From the IMG/VR virus record IMGVR_UViG_3300025413_001239: a stretch of 64,000 bases of DNA; one strand, written 5' to 3'. The notes beneath the pieces were generated by a model, which searched no databases, was not told the DNA's origin, and saw only the letters and a list, made by a program, of their open reading frames with translations. The position numbers and the translations under genes were made by a program. Position 1 is the first letter of the stretch. Every line of letters begins with the position of its first letter. This document shows, in pieces, positions 19,325 to 28,871 of this stretch. The DNA is from a virus (Duplodnaviria; Caudoviricetes).

Positions 19325-20173
19325 ATGAAAGTATTTAGAATACAAGACAAGATTACGTCTAGAGAAACTGGTACATTTAAGCAATACTTAAATGACATTG
19401 CAAACATTAAGCCATTTACACCTTCTGAAGAAGAAGCATGCGCAAAAATGGCTGCTATGGGTGATAAAGCGGCTATTGACGAGTTGGTAACACGTAATTT
19501 AAGATTTGTAGTAACAGTTGCTAAGCAATACGAAACATCAACCATAAGCCTAGAGGATTTGGTTAATGAGGGTAATATTGGATTAATACTTGCCGCTGAG
19601 AAGTATAATTTAACCATGGGCTTTAAGTTTATCACTTACGGTGTATTCTGGATTAGAAAACTAATCTTGGAATATCTATCCAATCATAGCAAATTAATCA
19701 GGCTACCAACCAATAAAATTTCTAACATTAGCAAATTAACACAAAAGGTTAATGCGTTAGAACAAAGCCTAGGTCGTGAGGTTGATATTACTGAAGTAAA
19801 CTATGCTTCTGATTCAGACCTATCTGATGAAGATATTTTAGAACTTCAAAGAATATCAAATATTAGTTTTGAATCATTTGATTCACCATTAGATGGTGAT
19901 GAAGTTGGTTCTCGTTATGATTTTATTGCTAATACTAACGAAAAAACAACTGACCACATTGTGCTTGATACAGACTTAAAGAATCAAATTAATGATATAT
20001 TAAATATTCTTAAGCCTAGGGATAAAAAGGTTATGATTTCTTTGTTTGGTTTAGATGGTTCAAATCCATTAACCCTAAAAGAAGTTAGTGAAGATGTTGG
20101 GTTAACTAGTGAGATGGTTAGAAAAATTAAGGAAAGCAGTCTTGTTAAACTTAGAAATAAGTTTACGTTATAG
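19325..20173 (+). CDS. sigma70-family RNA polymerase sigma factor (regions 1.2-4)
   Basis: NLRFVVTVAKQY, DLVNEGNIGLILAAEKY, FITYGVFWIR, TLKEVSEDVGLTSEMVRKI. Confidence 0.9.
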   Translation: MKVFRIQDKITSRETGTFKQYLNDIANIKPFTPSEEEACAKMAAMGDKAAIDELVTRNLRFVVTVAKQYETSTISLEDLVNEGNIGLILAAEKYNLTMGFKFITYGVFWIRKLILEYLSNHSKLIRLPTNKISNISKLTQKVNALEQSLGREVDITEVNYASDSDLSDEDILELQRISNISFESFDSPLDGDEVGSRYDFIANTNEKTTDHIVLDTDLKNQINDILNILKPRDKKVMISLFGLDGSNPLTLKEVSEDVGLTSEMVRKIKESSLVKLRNKFTL

Positions 20174-20750
20174 GGTTATGTACACAATATTTCTTTATGT
20201 CTCGATTAACCTTAGAACATAATGGTTGTAAATTAGAATAGTGGTTTAATCGAAGTAATTCAATTTCATTAATCGCTGAGTCTAAGGGTATTATATGGTC
20301 AATATCCCAACCATAATTTAATTCACCATTATATAACCCACGATTATTCCAATTCATCCATGGTTCAAATTTTGATTCTAAATATAATTTAAAATCATCG
20401 TAAGAGCATCCAAGTATTTTTTCTGTTTTTGATAATTTTTTAAAATTATTATGTCTTAATGAGTTTCCGATTAAATTTCTTATATTAGTTTTTAATTTGA
20501 ATAAGGTATCATTATTACGTTTTACCTTATAATATTCGTTAAGTTTATTTTTATTTTCCTTAGCCCATTTTTTTGAGCTATCTAAGATTTTATCTTTATT
20601 TGTTTCGTAATACGCTTTTTTACTTTCTTTAATTTTATCTCGATTGTTCTCTAAGTATTTTCTTCTTTTTTCTTTATTAGCTGCTTGATATGCTTTATCA
20701 TAAATTCGTTTAGCCTCTTTTTTTTCCTCTAATGTTAATTCTTTTTTCAT
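20163..20750 (-). CDS. HNH-family homing endonuclease, paralog 2
   Basis: WMNWNNRG...WDIDHIIP...NHYSNLQPLCS. Confidence 0.85.
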   Translation of the reverse strand: MKKELTLEEKKEAKRIYDKAYQAANKEKRRKYLENNRDKIKESKKAYYETNKDKILDSSKKWAKENKNKLNEYYKVKRNNDTLFKLKTNIRNLIGNSLRHNNFKKLSKTEKILGCSYDDFKLYLESKFEPWMNWNNRGLYNGELNYGWDIDHIIPLDSAINEIELLRLNHYSNLQPLCSKVNRDIKKYCVHNPIT

Positions 20751-20818
20751 AATATTCCTTTATTATAAATATTATGAAATGTACGAAAAAATAAAATATT
20801 TATTGTTTTGTACACAAT
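20179..20818. mobile_element. HNH cassette flanked by 10-bp direct repeat TGTACACAAT
   Basis: repeat at 20179-20188 and 20809-20818; removing the cassette restores a hairpin terminator. Confidence 0.65.
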
Positions 20819-20886
20819 TGTGTACATAACCCCTTATTTTTTATTTTTTTTTATCTATCGCTGATATTTATTAATAAAGATATTTT

Positions 20887-21261
20887 ATGGATAAAAAGGA
20901 AATTAAAATAAAATTAAAAGAAGGTATTACCGCATATTTACAATTGGTCGAAGCTAATAAGAAATCTGAAAAATCAGAGAAAAAAGAAAAATCTGATAAT
21001 AAGGATGGTCCTCAAAAAGGAACCAAAAGTAAATCTGGTAAAAAAGAATACGCTGACGTACAAAGGTCATTTAAAAAACTAGGTGGACCTAGCATGGTTG
21101 ACATCATGATTATGACTGGTATTCCAGATGACGACAAAGGTACTAACCGTTCCTTATTTAGAAAGAAAGTCTTACAAAAAAAGAACAAAGATACTGGTTC
21201 ATACTATCAGTTTGATGATGAAGAACTAGCAAAGGTTAGGGCAGCAATAGATTCTCAATAA
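20887..21261 (+). CDS. hypothetical protein, TATTTAT promoter class
   Basis: ORF; terminator-like hairpin near 21297-21326. Confidence 0.7.
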   Translation: MDKKEIKIKLKEGITAYLQLVEANKKSEKSEKKEKSDNKDGPQKGTKSKSGKKEYADVQRSFKKLGGPSMVDIMIMTGIPDDDKGTNRSLFRKKVLQKKNKDTGSYYQFDDEELAKVRAAIDSQ

Positions 21262-21390
21262 GCACAAGAAACCTTGAAACTTATAGACATACAAATAAAA
21301 TCCTCACAAATTGTGGGGATTTTTCATTTTAACCTGCGAATATACGAAAAATACTTTAAATAAAAAAACCCCATTTCTGAGGTTTTAAAT

Positions 21391-21711
21391 TTATTCGGTT
21401 GGTTTAGTTGTAGTATCTGTTGTAGTATCGGTTTGTGTATCTGGTTTTGTAGTATCTGGAGCATTTTTAGTTAAGCCCTTTATACTAAATTTATCAACTG
21501 TATCGGCACCAATACCCACTATTGCTAATAAAAGAACAGCATTAACAATAACATCTTCTAATTTTAGGTCTGATTTATAACAATTTATAAATAAAATAAT
21601 ACAAAGTGTTAAAGCGCAAATTAAACCAACAACTGGTTTAATTGAAGTTGAACCTCTTTCGTCACGAAATAAATCCTGCAACCAAGATATAAAACCCATT
21701 TTTTCTTTCAT
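21391..21711 (-). CDS. two-TM membrane protein, holin-like, with DTT-rich tail
   Basis: two hydrophobic helices; tail DTTKPDTQTDTTTDTTT. Confidence 0.55.
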   Translation of the reverse strand: MKEKMGFISWLQDLFRDERGSTSIKPVVGLICALTLCIILFINCYKSDLKLEDVIVNAVLLLAIVGIGADTVDKFSIKGLTKNAPDTTKPDTQTDTTTDTTTKPTE

Positions 21712-21783
21712 ATAACTAATTTAATAATAAATATCAAAGTATTTAAAAAAAACTTTTGGTAATTTGAAAACTATTCGTATATT

Positions 21784-22602
21784 TTATATTATATCACGTT
21801 TAACCCACCTATTAACATAACTACATAACGGCTTGAGGTTTGTATAATGGTTTAATTTAACCACATCCTCTTCTGTTATAGCAGTTGTTACAGGAATGAT
21901 ATGGTCAATATCCCATGTCTTATTCGGTTCAAATAAACCGTCTTTAGGGTTACCGTAATTATCCCAATTCATCCATGATTCCCATTGAGATTCTAAGTGA
22001 AGTTTAAATTCATCAAATGAACATCCAAGTATTTTTTCTGATTTAAGTGATTTTTTAAAGCCTTTATTTTTAATTGACGAGCGAATTAATTGCCTAATAT
22101 TAGTTTTTATTCGGAAGAGTGGTTCTGTTTGTTTACGTTCCCTATTTCTAGCATTACGTTTATCCTTATCACCCTTAAATTTTTCTTTATTAGCCTGATA
22201 ATACGTTTTATTGTAAGCGGCTCTTTCTTCGGGTGTTTTTGATTTTTTTACTTTAGGTAATTTATTTAATTTAACTAAACTACGTTGTTCTTTTAATCTT
22301 TGATTACGTTTTATTTTATTTTCTTCTTTACTGCTATATATTTTATTTATGCTCGATATTTTAGATTTATTAACTTCTCGATATTCCTTGGCTTTTTTTG
22401 TTATCTTTTCTTTATTAGCCTCACGGTAATTTTTTTGTAATTCAATTAATTTAACTTTGTTAGCTTCACACCAAGCTTTTCGTTGTTCAGCTATTTTTTC
22501 TTTATTAGCTTTACGCCATTGTTTTTGCTGTTCAGCTAATTTTTCTTTGTTAGCTTCACGCCAAGCTTTTCGTTGTTCAGCTATTTTTTCTTGTTTTGTC
22601 AT
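21784..22602 (-). CDS. HNH-family homing endonuclease, paralog 3, with 15-aa N-terminal repeats
   Basis: EKIAEQRKAWxEANK repeats (identical 32 nt at 22471 and 22561); WDIDHIIP...NHYTNLKPLCS. Confidence 0.85.
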   Translation of the reverse strand: MTKQEKIAEQRKAWREANKEKLAEQQKQWRKANKEKIAEQRKAWCEANKVKLIELQKNYREANKEKITKKAKEYREVNKSKISSINKIYSSKEENKIKRNQRLKEQRSLVKLNKLPKVKKSKTPEERAAYNKTYYQANKEKFKGDKDKRNARNRERKQTEPLFRIKTNIRQLIRSSIKNKGFKKSLKSEKILGCSFDEFKLHLESQWESWMNWDNYGNPKDGLFEPNKTWDIDHIIPVTTAITEEDVVKLNHYTNLKPLCSYVNRWVKRDII

Positions 22603-22696
22603 AAAATAAATTTGTTTGTTTCGTTATTAAGTATTACATTTGCACTCTATTAATAAATATCACGAAAAAATAAAAAAGTTATCTAAAACAAATTTT

Positions 22697-23305
22697 ATGT
22701 TAGAGGAATTAGTAAAAAAAGAACTTGAGTTTGACTTAATCAAAGTTTTAAATGTGATTGAAAGTGATGAAGACCTTGATGAAATATTTAGGGATGGTAG
22801 ATTTACCACACCATATAATATGCTATATACTATGGCATCACAAAATGCTTTACCTGAGGAAATGCTTGAAAGAGCAACTGGTATCTTTGAACACATAATA
22901 CTTAAAAATCAAAAGCCTAAAATGGCTTATTGTAAATTTTTAAGAGAAAAAACAAAAACTGAAGTTTTAGATACGGCTGTTATCAACGAACCATTAGTTG
23001 AATCCGTAGAAACAACACCAGAAGAGACTTCAGAAGAAGAAGAAGACAAATCTAAATACAAGTTACCAAAGCATTATGGTAAAGAGCGTATCTTAAAGGA
23101 CATTGAAGAAAACAATGGTAAAACTGAGTTAGATACTGCGATGCTTGCTTTGAATGACTTTAGAAACATCTATGCAAAATTAAAGAATCGTTGCATTAAG
23201 GATAAACTTAGAGGTACAAGTATTCTAACTCAAGCTGATTGCAGGGATATTGTTGCTGTTCTTAGAATAGTTGAAAACAAATTGGGTCACATCGCAAAAA
23301 AATAA
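22697..23305 (+). CDS. hypothetical protein
   Basis: ORF track, start adjusted. Confidence 0.7.
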   Translation: MLEELVKKELEFDLIKVLNVIESDEDLDEIFRDGRFTTPYNMLYTMASQNALPEEMLERATGIFEHIILKNQKPKMAYCKFLREKTKTEVLDTAVINEPLVESVETTPEETSEEEEDKSKYKLPKHYGKERILKDIEENNGKTELDTAMLALNDFRNIYAKLKNRCIKDKLRGTSILTQADCRDIVAVLRIVENKLGHIAKK

Positions 23306-23307
23306 AT

Positions 23308-23643
23308 ATGGAATTAGTCAAGGAATTATTCGATGTTTTTAGTCGTATCAGTGCTGAAACAAAAGTTAAAACAGCTGAGCATTCGGCGATTGATTCAGAA
23401 CTTAGTCAATGTTATCACAAGATTGAAGGTATGAAATTAGACCATGTTGCTAAGTCACATAATGCCATCAAGGAACTACAAGATGTGCTTAGAAGACGTA
23501 GACGGATAAAACACGAAGCATCGACATTACAGATAATGCATACTAATCTAGCACCATCAATGCAAAATCTTAGTGATAAACTAAAAGCATCTAAAGCTAA
23601 GCAGGAAAAGCTGTTAACGGACCTAGAAAAAAATTCCTATTAA
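23308..23643 (+). CDS. coiled-coil hypothetical protein
   Basis: ORF track. Confidence 0.7.
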   Translation: MELVKELFDVFSRISAETKVKTAEHSAIDSELSQCYHKIEGMKLDHVAKSHNAIKELQDVLRRRRRIKHEASTLQIMHTNLAPSMQNLSDKLKASKAKQEKLLTDLEKNSY

Positions 23644-23693
23644 AATTGTGAATATTCAAGTATTTTACATATATTTGCATTAAATTTATAATT

Positions 23694-24041
23694 ATGAAAG
23701 AAAATAAAGGTTTAGAGTTAGCAGAAAAATTAACGGATTATGTTAATACGTTTTCAATGAGTGAAAAGACTAAGGACTTCATCGAGGGTTTTAATCGTCA
23801 ACACAGAACACTTCAACAATCTTCATTTAGATTGATACTCTCCTTGATTGAGAATATCGCCAGTGATGATTTTCGTGTTGATGGTCGTAATGAGGCTAGT
23901 AAAAAAGTTGCGAAGATGCTTCTAAGCGGTTTTCAAGCGGAATATCATAAGGAGCTTATAGCTACTGGCATTTCTGAGGAAGCTGCCAAGAAGTACATCG
24001 GTCCAGATTTCAAACCAAGTAAACACTTACCATTCATATGA
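23694..24041 (+). CDS. hypothetical protein
   Basis: ORF after a TATATTTGC promoter. Confidence 0.7.
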   Translation: MKENKGLELAEKLTDYVNTFSMSEKTKDFIEGFNRQHRTLQQSSFRLILSLIENIASDDFRVDGRNEASKKVAKMLLSGFQAEYHKELIATGISEEAAKKYIGPDFKPSKHLPFI

Positions 24042-24146
24042 TAACAGTTATTTTAGTATTCATGTTTTCACATATAACCTATGCTGAAACACTTAATGAT
24101 AAATCACTTATCCCTAAAATCTTAAGGGGTAAATAAAACTTATAGT

Positions 24147-24512
24147 ATGCTAATAAAAGAAAAAAAAGTCACTGAAGATGATTTTTATGATAAGTATCGA
24201 CCTATCAAAAATCACTTAGACCCTGATGCTGGTTGGGATGGGTGTTTATATGAGACATTTTCGGATGAATTGGAATATTGTTTTGAGTTATCTAAAAAAG
24301 AAAATAGAGTATGGACAATACTTGAATGTGATGATATTGAACATGAGGCCGATGATGAATTAGATGATATTTTTGATGAAAATCAAGATGATGATTATGA
24401 ACCAACGTGTTTTGTTATTGTCTCTGGATTTCATTATGTTAATCGTATTGGATTCTTTGTTACTGAAATACCTTATGAAGATAATGAAGATATTTATATT
24501 AAATTAACATAA
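24147..24512 (+). CDS. acidic hypothetical protein
   Basis: ORF track. Confidence 0.65.
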   Translation: MLIKEKKVTEDDFYDKYRPIKNHLDPDAGWDGCLYETFSDELEYCFELSKKENRVWTILECDDIEHEADDELDDIFDENQDDDYEPTCFVIVSGFHYVNRIGFFVTEIPYEDNEDIYIKLT

Positions 24513-24853
24513 TGAAAAATACACTCATTGGTTGTATATATGGTCTCATCGCTCAATTCCTAACATTTATTCAACTACAAGGTAACGTAAAATATCATCT
24601 ATATGAGAAATACCCATTTTGGACGTTAGCTTTAAGTATACCAATAAGCTGGTTATATATTCAATCAGTCGATTACTTAGTTAAGAGCTTTAATGGTGAG
24701 ATTTTTCCTAGTCGCTTTATTGGTTTTAGTATAGGTATGATTGTTTTCACTTCGATGGCGTTAATATTATTTAAAGAACCAATTACATTAAAGACATTTA
24801 TTTGTATGGTTTTATCATTTGGAATATTTGCAATTCAACTTTTTATTAAATAA
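24512..24853 (+). CDS. small multi-TM membrane protein (SMR/EamA-like)
   Basis: about 4 hydrophobic helices in 113 aa. Confidence 0.55.
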   Translation: MKNTLIGCIYGLIAQFLTFIQLQGNVKYHLYEKYPFWTLALSIPISWLYIQSVDYLVKSFNGEIFPSRFIGFSIGMIVFTSMALILFKEPITLKTFICMVLSFGIFAIQLFIK

Positions 24854-24854
24854 A

Positions 24855-25103
24855 TTTTCTATAACCAAAGGATTAATCATTCCAGAGGATATGATGAGAA
24901 CAATCATCACATATGATTATAGAAATAAAATGGATGTTGTATCTGGTGAAAGAATCCGTGATGAATTGTATAAGTGTTTAAAATATAACACAATTGATAC
25001 ATTAGATTACTTGGGTGATTTCCCTAAATTGAGAAACTATATATTCACAAGGGTTAAAGCAGATAACAATCCATTATGGCTTGAACCAACATTTAAATTA
25101 TAA
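24855..25103 (+). pseudogene. C-terminal remnant of a second tRNA nucleotidyltransferase
   Basis: VVSGERIRDELYKCL matches the ISGERIRDEFIKGI motif of the full CCA enzyme at 46129; no catalytic N-terminal domain. Confidence 0.6.
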
Positions 25104-25104
25104 T

Positions 25105-25527
25105 ATGGGAAAGATGTTAGATGATTTAAAAAAGAAATTGGAACATCCAGAAGTGATAGAACGAATGAAAAAACATTATAAAGATATTCAGGATAAAAAA
25201 GAAAGGAATATTAAACGTGCTCGTTTATTCTTTAATGATGAAAAATCATTTGAAACTTTCTTATTAAAATTAATTGATAAACATGACCAAAGATGGGAAG
25301 ATGTTTGTTATAATAATGGTTATCAACCACATCCTTGGAATTTGATGTATGGAGTATTGTATATCGTACAACGTGGTGGGGATGAGGTTATGCCAGTTGA
25401 TGATTTAACAAGGAACTTTTCAAGTTTATTAATGAAGTATAATGATTTTACATTTGCTTGGACATTTGGTCAGGGAACTTGTATTTCAATATTTGATAAA
25501 AATAATGAATTAATTTATAGAACATAA
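25105..25527 (+). CDS. hypothetical protein
   Basis: ORF track, start adjusted. Confidence 0.65.
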   Translation: MGKMLDDLKKKLEHPEVIERMKKHYKDIQDKKERNIKRARLFFNDEKSFETFLLKLIDKHDQRWEDVCYNNGYQPHPWNLMYGVLYIVQRGGDEVMPVDDLTRNFSSLLMKYNDFTFAWTFGQGTCISIFDKNNELIYRT

Positions 25528-25755
25528 GTAAACAAATTAGTAAAGAACCTTGGAATACTACATATTTTTCACTTTTTTAATATATTCTTAAACAATATAA
25601 AATTTTAAAAAATAACATTAGAATGTCCTAAGCTTTTAATTTTTTAATTAATTCATTAGTTAATGTTATTGATATTATTTTTTTCATATCTTTATTATAA
25701 TAAAAATATTTTGCAAAGTCAATTAAATTATTTATCTTTGTTTAAATTTAAAATT

Positions 25756-26694
25756 ATGAATAGAATTGGGTATTGTTGTATTTCACTTGGGATAAACATA
25801 AACCGTAGTAAAAAAAATCATATTACAGTTAATCGTGGTATGGTTAAGAAAACATTTATCGAAAAAGGAATTAAATATGCATCAGAATTGGCATACTTAA
25901 ACTTATGTGATTTACTGGAAATTTTAAAATACAACGTAAGAAAAAATATATATGTTTATCGGTTATCTAGTGACCTATTTCCTTGGATGTCAGAATACCA
26001 ATTACAAGATTTACCGAATATCAAATCAATCAAGAGTAAGTTGATAGAAATCGGTAATTTTATTAAAAAATATGATATTAGAACAGGGGCGCACCCAGGC
26101 CCGTTTAACGTTTTAGCAAGTGAAAATCAATCAGTTGTTACTAAGACAATATTTGAATTGAATCAACATGCTGAACTTATGGACTTGATGGGACTGGATA
26201 AATCACACTATTACCCTATCAATATTCATATCAATACAACTAAGCCAACTAGAGAATTGGCAGCTGCGCGTTTCGTTGAGAATTTTAAGCTTTTGTCTGA
26301 TTCATGTAAGGCTAGGCTTACTGTTGAGAATGATGATAGTCCTAATCAGTATTCAGTTAAAATACTACATGACTTAGTGCATGTTCAAACTGGCATACCG
26401 ATTGTATTTGACCAACATCATTTCAATTATGGTCAACAGGACCAAACTATGGAAGATGCGTTAAAATTAGCACATTCTACTTGGACTGTGAAGCCATTGA
26501 CACACATGAGTTCTTCTAAGACCTTAGAGGATTCTAAGGGTGTAGCAACAGCACACGCTGATTACATATATGAAAAAATCCAAACTTTTGGTTTGGATTT
26601 TGATATTGAGATTGAGGCTAAAGCTAAAGACTTAGCCGTATTGAAATACATCAATGAGTTTACTTCAAAGTTAGAAGATACTTTAGTTGATTAA
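25756..26694 (+). CDS. uvsE: UV-damage endonuclease
   Basis: RIGYCC, YRLSSDLFPW, HPGPFNVLAS, VENDD, FDQHH, IEAKAKDLA. Confidence 0.9.
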   Translation: MNRIGYCCISLGININRSKKNHITVNRGMVKKTFIEKGIKYASELAYLNLCDLLEILKYNVRKNIYVYRLSSDLFPWMSEYQLQDLPNIKSIKSKLIEIGNFIKKYDIRTGAHPGPFNVLASENQSVVTKTIFELNQHAELMDLMGLDKSHYYPINIHINTTKPTRELAAARFVENFKLLSDSCKARLTVENDDSPNQYSVKILHDLVHVQTGIPIVFDQHHFNYGQQDQTMEDALKLAHSTWTVKPLTHMSSSKTLEDSKGVATAHADYIYEKIQTFGLDFDIEIEAKAKDLAVLKYINEFTSKLEDTLVD

Positions 26695-26697
26695 CAC

Positions 26698-27465
26698 TTA
26701 ATTTTTGATTCTACCGTGAACCCATCCATTTTGTATATAGTTTTCTAATTGAGACACATTAATTTTTTTGAATATATTAAGTGATAAGTTAGAGACCCAT
26801 CTAAATTGTTTTGCTTGATTAGCTATATTTTTTTTATGTATGTCTGTTTTACTTTTACCCTTTAACCCTTCACTAATTTTATCTGACCAATCTATTTTTC
26901 TACCTTTATTCGCCTTTGTTATTTTATTTTTGGTTTCTTCTGAAACTATTTTTCCAATATGCGATTTAGAAATTTTAGCTTTGGTTTCTTCACTTAATTT
27001 ATTATTCCCATTATTTATCCTAGTCTCAGCTGCACGTTTAAACTTGTCTCTATCAATAACATTAATTTTTTTACCTGTTTTTGTTTTTGAAATTTTTTTA
27101 TATATTTCGCTTTTTTCTTCATCTGTTTTTTTAGCTTTTGTTTTTAAAATTTTTTCGTATATCTTACTTTTTTCTTCTTTTGTTTTTCCTGCCATTGAAT
27201 TTCCACCATCACCACCTGTATGGATATTGTAAAAGTCATCCGATTCAACGGCTGAGTAGATTTTAATAAAATATTTTTCTTTTTCGTTTAAATCGTTAAT
27301 ATTAGTACACGTCTCAAGAATTTCTTTTTTAAAATTTTCTTTTCCGTATTTTTTGATAGCTTTTTTAAGTAAAACCCCAGAACCTAAATATTCTGGGTTA
27401 TTTTTACTGTCTTTTCCAATATATTTTTTATTATTTAATAGATTCGTTGTTAAGTATATTATCAT
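26698..27465 (-). CDS. GIY-YIG homing endonuclease with NUMOD3 repeats
   Basis: IIYLTTNLLNNKKYIGK...YLGSG; SEETKAKIS repeats. Confidence 0.85.
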   Translation of the reverse strand: MIIYLTTNLLNNKKYIGKDSKNNPEYLGSGVLLKKAIKKYGKENFKKEILETCTNINDLNEKEKYFIKIYSAVESDDFYNIHTGGDGGNSMAGKTKEEKSKIYEKILKTKAKKTDEEKSEIYKKISKTKTGKKINVIDRDKFKRAAETRINNGNNKLSEETKAKISKSHIGKIVSEETKNKITKANKGRKIDWSDKISEGLKGKSKTDIHKKNIANQAKQFRWVSNLSLNIFKKINVSQLENYIQNGWVHGRIKN

Positions 27466-27607
27466 TTTTGTTTATTTTAGTTATTTCATCACTTATAAAA
27501 TTTCTAATTTTTTGGCTCATATTTATTGAGTGTTTTTCACAAATCTTTCGATATTCATTATACATCGATTCATTAATTTTAATTAATATTGTTTTATTTT
27601 TTTTCAT
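27431..27607 (-). CDS. ribbon-helix-helix-like DNA-binding protein
   Basis: manual translation MKKNKTILIKINESMYNEYRKICEKHSINMSQKIRNFI...; overlaps the GIY-YIG start. Confidence 0.6.
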   Translation of the reverse strand: MKKNKTILIKINESMYNEYRKICEKHSINMSQKIRNFISDEITKINKNDNILNNESIK

Positions 27608-27694
27608 GGTATATATCTTTATATATAAATATATATTAAAAACAAAAAAGACACATAATTTATGTGTCTTAAAAAAAATAATTTCATTAAACCT

Positions 27695-28066
27695 TTATTT
27701 TAATGATAAAAGATAACGCAACTTATTTACACTACCTAAAATTTCATCACGGATATTAAGAAGGTCAGAATCTTCTTCTGGTGAAAGTTGATTATTTAAA
27801 TCAATTAAGAAATCTATTATTGTTTTTATAAATATATTTATATCTAAGTCTTTTAGATTAAATAAATCAATAGTTGCTTTCTCACCAGAGAACTCAAAAC
27901 GACCTTTTTTACCCATACTAACTTCAACAAATTCATCAATATTCTCACCTAAGCTCTTATAGATTTTATCGTATGTTTTGTGTCTGGAATATGTTATTGT
28001 TTGCCAATGATAAATTTTAAATTGATTTTGAATTTGCATCAGCATTAACACTATATCTTCTTTCAT
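27695..28066 (-). CDS. ferritin-like four-helix protein (DUF5856-like)
   Basis: YHWQT...HKTYDKIY...IDEFVE...NIRDEIL pattern. Confidence 0.65.
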   Translation of the reverse strand: MKEDIVLMLMQIQNQFKIYHWQTITYSRHKTYDKIYKSLGENIDEFVEVSMGKKGRFEFSGEKATIDLFNLKDLDINIFIKTIIDFLIDLNNQLSPEEDSDLLNIRDEILGSVNKLRYLLSLK

Positions 28067-28138
28067 AATAGAACTTTATTTATAAATATTCGAATTTTTA
28101 ATAAAAAATAACGTATATTTGCGTTTAAATAATAAGAT

Positions 28139-28423
28139 ATGGATTATAACTTAAAAGAAGATAACGTTACAGTAAAATCATCAACGGTGATTAAATTATC
28201 TGAGTACTTAACATTAACAACTAAAGATGAAACTTTTGATTTAAGGGTTGATATTTTGGCTGATTTTGAAAATATACCCATAAAATATCATGAGGTGTTT
28301 TTAAACATGCTCACAGCAAAGTACTTGAATAAGGTATCCTTTAGTGATAACCCATTCAGTGTTTGTCAATTAAATAAAAAAAGAAAATGGTGGAACTTTT
28401 TTAGAAAATTCCCAAAAAAATAA
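28139..28423 (+). CDS. hypothetical protein
   Basis: ORF after a TATATTTGC promoter. Confidence 0.6.
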   Translation: MDYNLKEDNVTVKSSTVIKLSEYLTLTTKDETFDLRVDILADFENIPIKYHEVFLNMLTAKYLNKVSFSDNPFSVCQLNKKRKWWNFFRKFPKK

Positions 28424-28452
28424 AATTATTTTTCACAATTAAAATATAAAAA

Positions 28453-28632
28453 ATGCCTTCAGAAAAAAGTTTAAAATTGACCGCAAGTATAATATCTATA
28501 CTATTATTAGTTTATTTGGTTTTCTTTCACATTGGTTTATTGTTGGTGATTATTGGGATTTCATTTCTTATAGTTATCGGAGTTTTACTCTTATTGAAAA
28601 AATTTAAAAACTTATTAGGTGATGGAGATTAA
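28453..28632 (+). CDS. small hydrophobic membrane protein
   Basis: 59-aa ORF with two hydrophobic stretches (manual). Confidence 0.45.
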   Translation: MPSEKSLKLTASIISILLLVYLVFFHIGLLLVIIGISFLIVIGVLLLLKKFKNLLGDGD

Positions 28633-28711
28633 TAACGAATTATTTGAGAAAGCCCTTATATTTGCAGCGAAAAAGCATAAGGGTCAAAAAAGATTTGCAA
28701 GTTTAAAATAA
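28622..28711 (+). pseudogene. N-terminal remnant of a RelA/SpoT (Mesh1-like) HD hydrolase
   Basis: MEINNELFEKALIFAAKKHKGQKR then runs into the promoter of tRNA-Phe. Confidence 0.5.
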
Positions 28712-28735
28712 AAGTTGTATATTTGCATTTCTTAT

Positions 28736-28807
28736 GGTGAGGTAGCTCAGTAGTAGAGCACAATTTTGAAAAGATTGGTGTCGGTAGTGCGAATCTGCCC
28801 CTCACCA
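28736..28807 (+). tRNA. tRNA-Phe(GAA)
   Basis: ggtgagg/cctcacc acceptor; caatt-ttGAAaa-gattg; T-loop TGCGAAT; own promoter. Confidence 0.75.
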
Positions 28808-28811
28808 CACG

Positions 28812-28835
28812 ATATCGGGATATTCCGAAAAAGTC
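28812..28835 (+). repeat. 24-nt 5'UTR motif, copy 1 (ATATCGGGATATTCCGAAAAAGTC)
   Basis: identical copy at 31171-31194; contains tcgg-gatatt-ccga hairpin. Confidence 0.8.
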
Positions 28836-28871
28836 ACGTCAATATTGACACGTAATTAAATACTTAATTTT

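Noticed and set aside
20172-20834. About 16-bp inverted repeats flanking the HNH gene read as IS terminal inverted repeats
   Set aside because: Better explained as the two arms of a pre-existing terminator split by the insertion; no transposase.
28725-28734. 10-nt match between the CRISPR mini-spacer (50752-50761) and the tRNA-Phe promoter
   Set aside because: Short AT-rich match expected by chance in 64 kb, and the would-be PAM (ACCA) is not T-rich.
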